From Phoronis australis (taxonomy: Eukaryota; Animalia; Phoronida), in NCBI GenBank assembly GCA_002633005.1, contig NMRA01000003.1:967452-1031451 (forward strand): a stretch of 64,000 nucleotides of DNA, in the 5' to 3' direction. Below are positions 13,801-24,869 of the stretch, one piece after another. Position numbers and translations under genes: made by a program. Each line of letters opens with the position of its first letter. The first letter of the stretch is position 1. Below the pieces are notes generated by a model, which did no database searches, was not told where the DNA came from, and saw only the letters and a list, made by a program, of their open reading frames with translations.

Positions 13801-16800
13801 TGAGTGTGATGAAGTATTGACCGATCAGAGAACCTTAATTTATGAGGTTGCAGTTCACATGCCCGGGATTCCACATGAGAAGAAAATGCAAAATAGTATT
13901 CAGAGTGTTCTAGCACTAGTTTGTGATATTCGGGACCAGATTTTGTAGGTGAAGACTTACTTGATGTTGTAATATTTTTTCGCTGACAAGTGAAAATGCT
14001 TTAAAATACTCTAAAAATATTTGTCTCCCCTGGGTAATGTCTTCCTGGGGCCTGTTTCATGAAAAGTGACTTAAAGACATTTTTAAATACTTAAAAGTAT
14101 TCAACAACAAATATTTGTCTAAGTTAAGACTAAATTTCCAGTTAAGACCAGAGACCAAAATTCAAAAAAGACAATTTCAGGAAAACATAGCTGGTTTTTG
14201 GTTTTTGTTCTTAAAAGGGAACTATTTTATTCTGAAAAAATTCTGGATAGTTTTCTATGAATTGTTGATTAATTTCATAGATAATTCAACAACAAAAATT
14301 AAACTTATATTGATTTCTCTAACGAAACTCAAAAAAATTACCGGCTTAGAGTGCTGCTTAGTCTCATGACGTATTTGGCGGGGGCAAAATCACTGTCCTG
14401 TGTTAGCGTGAAATTTTAGTGTGAAATTTCGGGTCACTAGGGATACCTGTTTGAGCCGAGGCAACACAAAGTGATACCCAGTCATTGTCATCGTCTGATG
14501 AAAATTTGCCGGTGCAACCAGTCTGTATTAACAATTTACACTGGTGTGACTGTGCCGTGGGCAATGTGGACTCTAGCCAAAAGTCAGCCAGCTGTCGACC
14601 AATACTCAGCTCTGTTAACTTGAAGGGTTGGTAAGTTACCGACTATAGCTATATGAAGACTATCGTACCGCTGTGTGTTGAGCTCCTTTAACCCCGAATT
14701 TTCAGACAGCCGTTGACTACCCGGGTATAGTTGACTCAGTTATGCTCGTCACCTCGTCGTAAAACTTAGGTTACATCAACATATAAAGCTAACGGACTGG
14801 CAGGGGCGCATGCAAAATCTGGTAGTCACCCGACACTCCCACTGTTCGTTGCAGCCGTTTTAGAGGAAAACAATCAAATAAACGTCATGTGGTAGCATAA
14901 TTTGCCACCTGTTGAACAAAGAAGTGTGTCGTCCGTTTCAAAAACAGCACGCTCGTGACACGGTGCACACACCATTTCCTAAAAATTTGAAACATCTTTC
15001 AGGACACGACAGCTTCGCAGCACCAAGGTTGTTCTAAAATTCGGTTTGTTGGTATAAAAATACTAAGAACTTGTAACAAAATGAAACAAGTTCCTACAAT
15101 TTGTTATAACATGTACGCAACCTAGGTACCGTCAGCGACAAACACTTGATAAAAGAATCGAGGGGGGGGTGGGGAAGAAACTGGAAAAGGTCAGGTGACG
15201 TAATCGCAAAAAGCCGACTCAAGAGAACACATCACAATTTTAGCAGCATGCCGATGAACGATCGCTAACTTTTCCAACACCGGTAAATACAGAAGTTAGT
15301 TACTCTAGGAACCTGGTTCCTAGGTTTACTCAAGGATGAGATTAGTTTTAATGACATTACCGGTAAGTCAGATTTCATTTGTCCATTTTTTACCTATATC
15401 GGCTCTTGAAAACCTGTAGGCCTATATTTAGTATACAGCTTTGGGCCAAGGCTTGGGTAACCCGGCGATGGTATGCGATGGCCATCCCTTTAGAAGACGC
15501 CTTTATCGAAGAGTTTGAGCAACCAGGTGCCATACAAAAAGGCATAGCGAACCTCTTACAGCACTGTGGCAAACAATAAAAAATAAGGACGATTGATACA
15601 ATGATAAATTACGATGTAAACTCTTCAAAATATGACATAAGCAATGAATGTGTAAAGCAGACGATACCCCGCCATTCACGTCACTGACACATCAGCCAAT
15701 CAGCGATCGCTTTCAGAATTCAGTGTTTTAACCATGAATACGAATCGGCTTTTGTTTGGCATGCAAGTCAGGCAAATATGAGTTTTATTTGTATGTTAGA
15801 GCCGATTAACTGCAACATTATTTTGACTACAGCCCCCTTTTAAGTTAGGTAGAATATTGTTGGTTTTTGACATAGGTGAGCATACAAACTATGCTTTTGC
15901 CACCTGTTGTGAATTCATGAAACTAAGCGAGGTGGTGTATGAGGTACGGTGTTAAGGATAATCTTGGTCTTGAATCTCAAAATGGGAATTATTTACATTT
16001 TGGAAACAATTGGGATCTGGTTTAGTGTAATGAGAAGACCCTGGTGTGTGTAGGTTTGTTGAACTGACTCTACGATGCTTTGCCACTTCTCTTATCGAAA
16101 GTAGACGATTTTCAAAATGTCATTGTATGGGGCATTAGATTGTAAAATATTGAGAAAAAATATCAACAAAAGTTGTTCCCGAACAGTTCACAATACTGGC
16201 AGTTGTAAGTAACACCAAAAATACAATCTTAAGCCTGCTCTTAAGCAGGCTAACTTTTGAGTCTTAAGTTAGAAGATTTTGGTCTTGAGAAATTTGATGA
16301 AATGGGGCTAAGACATCATTTTGGTGAATTAAGACAGAAAAACTTTCATGAAACGGGGCCGTGGTGTGCCACTGTGAACTCTTAAATGTAGTAATTATGA
16401 TAATAAAAATGGTGATAATAATAATTATAAGAATAATAGTACTAGTAACGATAATAGTCATAATAGTAATAATACCGGTAATAGTAATAATAATAGTAAT
16501 AATAATAGTAATAATGATCGTAATAATGGTAGCAATAATAATATTAATAAGAATAATGAAATTTCTAAGTCTGGTCAGCATGCCATTTGTGGCTACATCA
16601 TGTGATCTGATGAATGTAAGTCTTTAAAGATTTCTGCTCTGACCGGGACTCCAACCCGGGACCTTCTGCTAACTGTGCAGACGCTCTAGTCCACTTAGTC
16701 ATATTGATAATGTTGTTACTCCAGTGTAAATACTCCAGTAAAGAAAAAGAAACATACAATTTCTTGAAATTGTAGTTTTTAATTTAGACTCAATAAGATG

Positions 16801-19800
16801 AGCTGAAAATTTGTTTTGTGTTGGTTTTGAGTAAATGTGATTGTACTATAAAATAGTAAAACTAGTAAAACTAAAATGACGAGCGTCGGTACTAAAATAT
16901 ATTAAAATATCCCCACGTATTGAGCGATGTGCTCTTTCTCAAGGGTCTGTAGCACACCCTTGAGAAAGAGCGCAACGCTCGATACATGGGGATATTTATA
17001 TTTTAGTACCGACGCTCATCATTTTAGTTTTATTAGACGTGTTTTACTATTTCATATTTTTATTCGTTGGAAACTGCATGGCATTGCAACATCTGTTTGT
17101 ACTATACTTAGTATGTCTGTGTTCCATTTAGATGTGTCGCAGATAAATGCACTTATTTTCTTTCATCCATTAGGTTATCCTCCGCAGGGAGCACCCCCCC
17201 AACAAGGGTATCCACCTCAAGGTATGTGCACAGTACATTCATTGATTTTTGCAGTGTGCAGTGCGCTGCGCACTGTTTATAACCGAACATTAGAATGTTC
17301 CAAGGCAGTTCTGGTGTTGAGACAGTTGTGAACTGAAATCCCAAGTTGATAAAAAGTGTCGTATCATTTGTAGGAGGTCCTTGAGTAAGATCTGTTCAGT
17401 TGGGATGTGTAACACTACTGGAAGGATTCTATTGGTGACTTGTTTGTTACTGTTTTCATTGTCAGGCCGTGTATACAACTTCTGATGACTGGGTGCATTC
17501 ATTATTATGTAATTCAATTCTTTTTTAATTACGTTCATTGAGGTGAATTCATTGAACCTTTAAAAAATAAAAACAAAAATGTATAAAATAACGTCATTCT
17601 AAAAGTTTGAAGGGTTCACCTTTTGATGAGTTTCTGTCGACAAATTGAAGAGAATGTCCATCCCTGAGGAATTATCTTTTTCCGAGATTTGTGTTGTGAA
17701 TTTATACCAGTTGTCAGTATCGTGGTGAAAAGCGAGTTCGTCTTTACAGTTGCTTTCCGGTGATGGCTGCTCCTCCTGTTGCTTAGTTTCTACCAGCTTT
17801 TTCTGGCAGTCTAGTTACTGTGTTCACCCTATTTGGTAGGCGTGGTGCGTAATGCTCCATTACTGCAATGCAAACATTTCAACAAACACTCTGACTGAAA
17901 TTACAGACACTAAATGTTGTTAACTTTTGAAATTGGATTGATGTCTTTTTTCATAGCAGAAAATTGTTCCGTTCTGGTGAATGGAAGTTGAGACTTGTCA
18001 CAAAACAAAAAGAGTTGGTTTGTTGAATTCAATTAGAACTTGCAGTCTTGGTGTCAGTGTTCAAAAACTGTGCTCTTGCACTGATCTGGTGCACAACTGA
18101 GTGAAACGCATACTGTTAACTGTTAATGTATCCTTTCTTATAAGCGTGAATTTTCTTCCACTAACCAAGGTTACCCTGCTCAAGGGATGCCCCCAATGCA
18201 GGGGTATCCCCCCCAAGGCTACCCCCCACAAGGTGAGTATGTGAGTGTGGCGATATCATTTTGTTCACTTGATCGTCAGCATGGTTTATTCAGTCTTGCT
18301 TTCGTTAACTACCCTCGACCTTGGACAAAGGTGATGAAAAATGCTGCCACATGATCTAGACGTGGAGTGCTCAAAAGCGTTTCATTGAGATTAAGTCTTT
18401 AGATCCAAGTTAGATAGTGACATCGTCTCAACTACCATATGCCAGATGGTTTTTGGCAAATTATGCCTCACACTGATTAAACATCAAGGTCATCGCTGTA
18501 AGTACCTTTAGTGCATAGAGAGACCCATCAGGAGCCCACCGATGTCTTTTATTCATTCCAACTCAAACAAATATTCCTGTAGTCAAACTGCTCCAAATTG
18601 GATTACGAGAGTAGTTGTTATTGGAATTAAAGACATCAGCGGCCTCCTTAGGTGTCGCTCTATGCGTATAAGTTACTTGTAGCAACGTGATTTTGATGGT
18701 TTAATCAGTGTGAAGCATAATTTGCTGAAAAGTTTCCGGTGTACAAAGGGCCTATTGGATGGCCACCATACCTACTGCACCATACCTACCTATTGGATGG
18801 CCACCATACCTACTGCACCATACCTACCTATTGGATGGCCACCATACCTACTGCAACTTAAGACGGTGGCACTGTAAAGATCCAAGTGTGTCTCGTAAAC
18901 CTTGTTTTTGTGAAATGTTGAATGTTGTATTTGCCTTGTTGATCTGTTTAACTGAAACAACCAGTGGTGCTGCTTTGTTAGTTATTGGCTATGCTAATCT
19001 TTTCTTGCCAACTTCCAGTTACCAAGGAAACGTTAGAAATGAATTACAGTAACTGTTGCTTACTAACATGGCTAACTTAGAATGGATTGAAATACGTCCA
19101 TGTAACATGCACTAGAAGTTATCACATTGTGCTTTAGATTTAGTTTTTGTTATGAAGAAAACGCATGAAAAGGATAGATTCTTGGTATTTTACTGGAATC
19201 AGCTTAGTGTGATTACGGATGGTTGGATGGACGAGCTAGAGAAAGTCGTCTCAAAACCAAGACATTTTGATAAAATAAGTTGCACATGTCTTCGAATGAC
19301 AATAATTCTATTCCAGAAATTATGTACTATTGGTTGGGAGGGGGGAGGTGAGGGGCCTATTTTGCCTCATCAGGCATTGTCTCAGATTGGTGTTTTGCCT
19401 TGTCAGGTATAGAGGAAAAATATCAGGTAGGTAAACGACAGAAATGGTGACCCGGGAGAGTAGTTTTGGGTGGGATTTTTCATCTTTATTTGGTATTGTC
19501 TCAGCCGGATTCCCTTTTTCCCGGTTTATCATCTTAATTGTTGGTCTGCATTTTCAATGTGCATCTTTCAGTACATTGACTTCACTGATTTTAACCAATC
19601 ACTGATTGAGCCCACTACTTGTAGTCTACCATTTGCCAAATTTGCACAATTCACATTCTCATTTCTCAGACTACGACTTCTCCTCTTGACCTTTTGTGTA
19701 ATTATGTGAGGGATTCCCTCTGATGATGGACACTTTGACTAAGCACTTAATATGTAAAGACATCTATAGTGACATCCGACTTAATCGCAGGTGCGTGGCA

Positions 19801-22205
19801 ATTGTTTTTGAACTTAAGTGTGTCCACACATGGCCTACCCTAGAACAACTTGCAACTTACCACAATTTTAAGTGGAACCTGCCACACACACATATTTGAT
19901 AACTAGGGTAAGACGGAAGTTGTCGGTCTGTGCAGGATTTGTGAACACATGGTGAAAAGGAGACTCGTCTGTATGTAACCATAGCTGATAATTACTTCCG
20001 TCTTGCCCCAGTTTGGCTAACTGGATCAGAGACGAGAAAATCAAAGAAATGCAATTTTAAGTTGCAGTTAGCTTGAAGGCTTGCTAAGGCTTGTCTGATA
20101 TATCTAGAGAGAACTTTTGTATGATTTACTGGGAACATAACTTTGTTTAGAACTATGTGTCCGATATCTTTAATCAGAACCTGCGTGGTTATCATGGAAT
20201 CTAGTTTTTGGCTTAAACCACTTGTCATTTTAAAACTGGCCTCAACATGTGTGCTTGGAAAGAATTAACAGGCTGTTACTACAGTAACAAACGAACTGGT
20301 CCAGCTTGGTTTTAGGTAATCATCAATTGTCAGTTAATATTTTGAAGCCTAGAAATCACTTCAAATTTGAGTAAGGAACATCGTGAGACCAATTTCGTCT
20401 GTAAGTCATCTATATCAAAAGTTAATTTCAGATGGGAGGGATGCGAGACCTCTGTGTGTACGATAACCACAGTAAGACCCTAAGTATTGCTTAAGTAAGA
20501 ACAAAGTGTCTGATATCTTTTCAGGATATGCGGGTCAACCTGCAGGATACCCTCAACAGCCTGGTTATCCACAGGGTAATACATTCTACATTATTCTAAA
20601 ATTTTAAACCATGCTGTTGTTACATTGTGAAATTCATTCGTGGTCAGATTAGCAACACTGGACTCACGAGACATGTATCTTCAGTGGCCATTCAGCTAAT
20701 TGTACCTGGATAAATTACTCAAGGATGTTGCCCAGTAAATGGAAACATGTAAAACAAATGGCTATAATGGATTATTTTCTGATAGTTTTATGGTTAACGG
20801 TTTATAGAAGCTTTGATCTAATTCTGGAAAAAATGTATCTTGCATATTTTTGAATTGGGTATTACCTTTATTGAATGGGAACAATTTCTTCAGTGTACTG
20901 GATATATCAGGTGTGTCACTTTGATTGACCGTTGCAGGAGGTCCGGCTCCCATGCCGACCCATTCCACTGTGGTAGTGACTCAGCCAGCAGTACATACCA
21001 CTGTTGTGCAGCAGTTCCGTGAGGGCCCTGTACAGACTACGTGTCCTCATTGCCATGCCAACATCGTTACGGCGACGTACTATGACACGGGCACTTTCAC
21101 CTGGGTGATGTGTGCCATTTTATGCATTATTGGGTATGTATGTTAGACGAGTTGTATCGGGTTAGCTATGAGGAAGAAGTAAGAAGTAGGTTGACTGTAC
21201 TTCTGTTACGACCAAATCTCTTAACTTATTTTCATGTTTCCATAAAAATGAAGATAGCACACCAGCTCAGTTTGACAATTCCAGCATGTTCTGTGACTCT
21301 AGTAGCAATTTGTGCGTCATGGTTCCGTTTTTTAGCATCAGGTATTCCATCTGCCAAATGGTTGAAGAATTGTTGAGGAATTTGAGGAATGTCTTTTTAG
21401 TGTCAGAAATCTGACACGTTTGTGTTTAGACAGTTTGGCTTACACTCACTCGCCTAGTGGCAGTTTTATTTTTTGTTTGCCTCAGTGTGTATCAAGTTTA
21501 ATGATCTTCATGTAAGTTGGCCTTTGCAACGTACGGTTAGGTGTATTCACACTCTCTGTGATATATATAGTGGGCACATAAGAGGAGGCAGTGTGGCCTA
21601 GTGGGATAAGTGTCTTCTTCTTTACTCAAGGTCATGGGTTTGAGTCCCACTGGGGCACACTGCTAGACCTCTGAGTCAGGTCTGTATCACCTCAGCCATG
21701 TTTTATCTGTATATTAATAAAGCCTAAAATGGTTCCAGGTGATCGGTGCAATGGGCCTACCCAAACGGCCTGCGTAACGCCTGCAATTATTTTTTATTAG
21801 TGGGCACATAAGGACAGCGTTCGCATAGGAACACTGCATTCGTTTTGTTAATGTACCCACATAATATCCAAACTGAAAGCAATGCTTATAACAGTATACA
21901 CAGTTACAGTATTGAATAATGGGATTTTGTCCAAAATGCTTCATCCACTGGCATGTCTAACCCTGCCTAGAAATAGGAATATACTTAGTCTCAAAATAGC
22001 TATCACTAGGAAGTAAGCCATTTGAGGCATGGTGCTTTAATTTTTGTACCTGTCAGGTTGCGTAGTTGTTTGTAACTCATTACACTGTGTTTGCAGATGT
22101 GATCTGGGCTGTTGTCTCATTCCATTCTGTGTGGATGGATGCAAAGATGTGGTACACCAGTGTCCCAACTGTAAACAGCAGGTGTCCCGCTGGAGCCGGA
22201 TGTAA
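4864..22205 (+). CDS. LITAF: LITAF/SIMPLE-family zinc-ribbon membrane protein with Pro/Gly/Gln/Tyr-rich N-terminus (~193 aa, 7 coding exons)
   Basis: Coding exons 4864-4927, 7180-7230, 17174-17221, 18170-18232, 20525-20575, 20938-21133, 22097-22205, all GT-AG and phase-consistent (582 nt). Translation [54 protein letters not shown]...[19 protein letters not shown]...[47 protein letters not shown]. CxxC - hydrophobic segment - HxCxxC is the LITAF domain; PPPY motif near the start. The symbol denotes family, since LITAF vs CDIP1-like orthology is unresolved. Confidence 0.93.
5184..5362. repeat. 35-bp minisatellite (~5 copies; a sixth resumes at ~6490-6522 after the MITE)
   Basis: Unit AATGTTGTGTGAGGCCACAATTGTTGCACGTGTAT alternating with a CATGAAG/CATG variant. 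Confidence 0.92.
5363..6485. mobile_element. 1.1-kb non-autonomous DNA transposon, ~75-bp TIRs, 8-bp TSD (hAT/P-like)
   Basis: CACAGGCGCTTGGGTTTATCGCAAATGA... at 5363 and its reverse complement ending ...AAACCCAAGCGCCTGTG at 6485; GTATAATG duplicated at 5355-5362 and 6486-6493. Confidence 0.92.
13195..13402 (+). repeat. Old interspersed repeat (also ~38932-39140 + and ~52040-52250 -)
   Basis: Shared CAACTTAAGTC...CATTTTCGA...TTGG(T/C)CAA...CTGATGGT(T/G)TTGATGTTCT...TTTATGAGAGTA...GATTTTCGTTTC. Confidence 0.7.
14048..16360. mobile_element. Probable PIF/Harbinger-like TIR element containing nested repeats
   Basis: Termini GGGCCTGTTTCATGAAA (14048) and TTTCATGAAACGGGGCC (16360), with TTAAG-rich subterminal repeats; flanks CTG/GTG. 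Confidence 0.45.
14580..14970 (+). repeat. Interspersed repeat (second copy ~35140-35495)
   Basis: Shared TATGAAGAC, CTGTGTGTTGAGCTCC, AGCTAACGG, GCATGCAAAATCTG, CGTTGCAGCCGTT, ACGCTCGTGACA blocks. Confidence 0.8.
16390..16560. repeat. Degenerate (AAT)n microsatellite, probably the 3' tail of the adjacent SINE
   Basis: ATAATA/GTAATA triplet array; it produces the poly-Ile ORFs in the ORF track. Confidence 0.9.
16561..16701 (-). mobile_element. tRNA-derived SINE family A, copy 1
   Basis: Minus strand TGACTAAGTGGACTAGAGCGTCTGC...GCAGAAGGTCCCGGGTTGGAGTCCCGG followed by a body matching 31160-31270. Confidence 0.8.
16850..17053. repeat. Long fold-back palindrome (~95-bp arms, 9-nt loop)
   Basis: AAATAGTAAAAC...GAGCGTCGGTACTAAAATA...CTCTTTCTCAAGGGT-ctgtagcac-ACCCTTGAGAAAGAG...TATTTTAGTACCGACGCTC...GTTTTACTATTT. 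Confidence 0.92.
18449..18735. mobile_element. Fold-back/MITE with ~110-bp diverged inverted arms
   Basis: GCAAATTATGCCTCACACTGATTAAAC...GATGTCTTT is paired with AAAGACATC...GTTTAATCAGTGTGAAGCATAATTTGC. Confidence 0.8.
18751..18855. repeat. 38-bp tandem repeat, ~2.8 copies
   Basis: Unit CCTATTGGATGGCCACCATACCTACTGCACCATACCTA at 18751, 18789 and 18827. Confidence 0.93.
19815..20005 (+). mobile_element. Truncated copy of the MITE at 43261-43637
   Basis: Shared GTCCACACA...TACCCTAGA...AACTTGCA...TTTAAGTGGA...CACACATAT...CGTCTGTAT...AGCTGATAATTACTTCCG. Confidence 0.75.
21583..21797 (+). mobile_element. tRNA-derived SINE family B, full-length with 15-bp TSD
   Basis: Head GGCAGTGTGGCCTAGTGG...GGGTTTGAGTCCCACT; TSD TAGTGGGCACATAAG at 21568-21582 and 21798-21812; homologous to 27329-27593. 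Confidence 0.9.
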
Positions 22206-24869
22206 ACCAGCACATTACCAGATCATCAGCTGTAAACACAGCTTGGGCGTTGCATATTACGTGTGTCTGTGTAGTATCGTTTCATACTAAATGTCTTTTC
22301 ACTAGGCTTAGATCTGACTCAGACGTATTTTTTATTACTAGAAAGTAGGGTCTTCAAATGGAAAAGGGATTTCTTATGTTAAAGCGTAATAACCAAGAAA
22401 ATGAAAACATTATATGCTTGTTCTCGTTGTTGGATATCAAATGTAATTTGTATGAAATGTTGGTATATATTTGACCACAGGCGTCCAAATCTTCTGATCG
22501 TCAGCTGTACATTATACATGAAGGTATGACAGTCGCCCAAAATTTTAGAGGTGCCACATTTTGCTACCATATCAAACACAAACCTGCACAAGTTTCCAGA
22601 AAACTGGTCCAAAAACAAAGAGAGTTTAACCAGAACTGTGTACAAAAAGTTTAATTATCAGTGTGTGGCTGAAGTATTTGTACTAACCCCCCTCAAAAGT
22701 TCACCATGACAATTGCTTGATACTGATAGGCTGAGTGCAGTGTGACTTAATTTGACACGAAATTACTCAAATGTACCATTTTACCTAGGGCCCAAGCTGG
22801 ACCACCCGCATTTAGGAGTATCCTGAGGACTGCTATTAACGAAGGAAATGATGCAGAGATAATTTTGCTGCTTCAAAGCTATTAAGTCACCGTGTGACAT
22901 TGATTTCATGCAGAAAAACTGCATTTTATTCACAACCCTGATGGCCAAAGACTAACTTGCTTAAAACAAGATCAACCAGCATTTGAGAGTTATGACTGCA
23001 TACCTTAATTTAAAGCTCGGGACTTCATGTCGAGCTGAATTATGTAATGAGTTGTGTAAACAAATTACGAGGTGTATAGTTGGCTCGACATTGTATTCAA
23101 CGTTATTGAAGAAATAATTCAGTCTATATTTGTTGTGAAGTTTGAATTTCTTTATCAAATTACAGTGCTGTCTGTCTGTTATTATGTACTTACATGCTTT
23201 TCACTCACTGAATACCGTTATTACATGTTTTATGAAAATATTGTGATGTAAAATTATTTAGAATTTTTACTGTTACCTTGGAAGTCCTGGTAGAAGCAGT
23301 TTCCTTTTTGGTACAAATGATCCAGTGGTTCTTTCTTGTATTGCTGTATTTTATGATCGTATATTTCTTGTATTTTTGTCAGGCATATACGCTGACAGTA
23401 CGTACATACATACATACAAACACACATACATACATAAACACACACTCACGCATATACTATGTTTACCTCTAAATAATTGTTAAAAAATACTCAATGCAGG
23501 AGATTTAGAAAAAGCAAATTGTGATACATTTTCGGTCTACAGTGCATTGCACACTTCATTTGTTATTCAATAGTAAGTCTTTATTAGCAATCAATATGAA
23601 GACTACTAACTGCAAATATGACTAAGAATGGCATGACAAAGCCTAATTTTGCATTATCGTGAGAGACCTACAATCCAGTAAATCGTTGACAACCAAGGCT
23701 TTTATCAATCCCTTGGATCCTGTTGATCCGACCCCAATATCGACCTCTCGCTGACGAGTGGCAAAAACGAAAAAAGGCGCTTGTTTTGCACATGCTGGTC
23801 ATATTAGAGTCAGTGGTATCAGTATCGGCATAATTGTAGTTTGTGTGAGTGTGAGTGTAATATACAATAAATTATTTACTCTTAAACAGCGAGTTGTGTT
23901 CACTCAAGGTTGACATCGAAACTGCGTTGTGAAATACATGTTTAAGGTAAGAACTGTGGCTAATGGTTGGTACATGACTTGTGCATTTTATTGGTGCTGA
24001 ACTCATGAAGCATTAAGCATATTCTGATATATACTCCAGCAAGCCATGCAATTAGTGGGAATTCGAGTCTGGTTTCAGGTAGTGAAGGTAGACTTCGGGT
24101 ACAGATTTGTGGGTATACGATAGAATTGCCAGTTTAGTACACTCTAAAATTTGGGAACCAAACTTGAGCTGACATTTAAGATTCTGAAAACTGGGGCGAG
24201 AGCGATTTTGGCATTCATCATATTTCTCAAATATTGGACATTGCATCTTGTATCAAGTTTCAAAATAAACTTGGCAGTTCATCAATCAACGTTTTTATTC
24301 ATCCCTATTGTGCCTTAAATGGAGGTGAAGGTCGTTTGTTGTAGATCATAATTTTTGGAATTAGGGGACCAATATTTTGGTATTTATAAAAAGCGGTCAA
24401 TTTTCACTCCCAAACTGGATATTTTAGAATCTGTGTTTACGAGTCTTTCCACACTAGGGGGAGCAGTCCCTCCTTCAGACTGCTACTGCCTGTATCTTCA
24501 GCAATTATTACACTTAGTTAACAAAGCTGGAAAATGTATTCATATTGAAATAATACTTAAATCGCTAATACATAATTCAATCACAGACAGTTCATATTGC
24601 CCAAAATTGTGCTCTGCACATAAAATAACTCACTGTCACAAGTCAACTTGCAGAGCCTCTAATTTGACTACGAAACGTCTTGGGACCATATCAATTCTAT
24701 AAGTTGTAGAAATTGACCACTCTCATGATAAAATCGAGAGCACAAAGCCTATGGTTTATCGTACATAATTAATCATAAACTCAGTCATATTTCTACGTTA
24801 ATGTTGATTGCATTAAGAAGGAATCATGGATGTTTTCCTTTGCAATACATCTTGGGTTCTGGTATTGAT

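Noticed and set aside
16264-16627. Ile-rich membrane-like ORFs on both strands
   Set aside because: Translation of an (AAT)n microsatellite.
23750-23775. CTGACGAG...CGAAA hammerhead-like motif
   Set aside because: Stem II is only ~2 bp and there are no convincing stems I/III.
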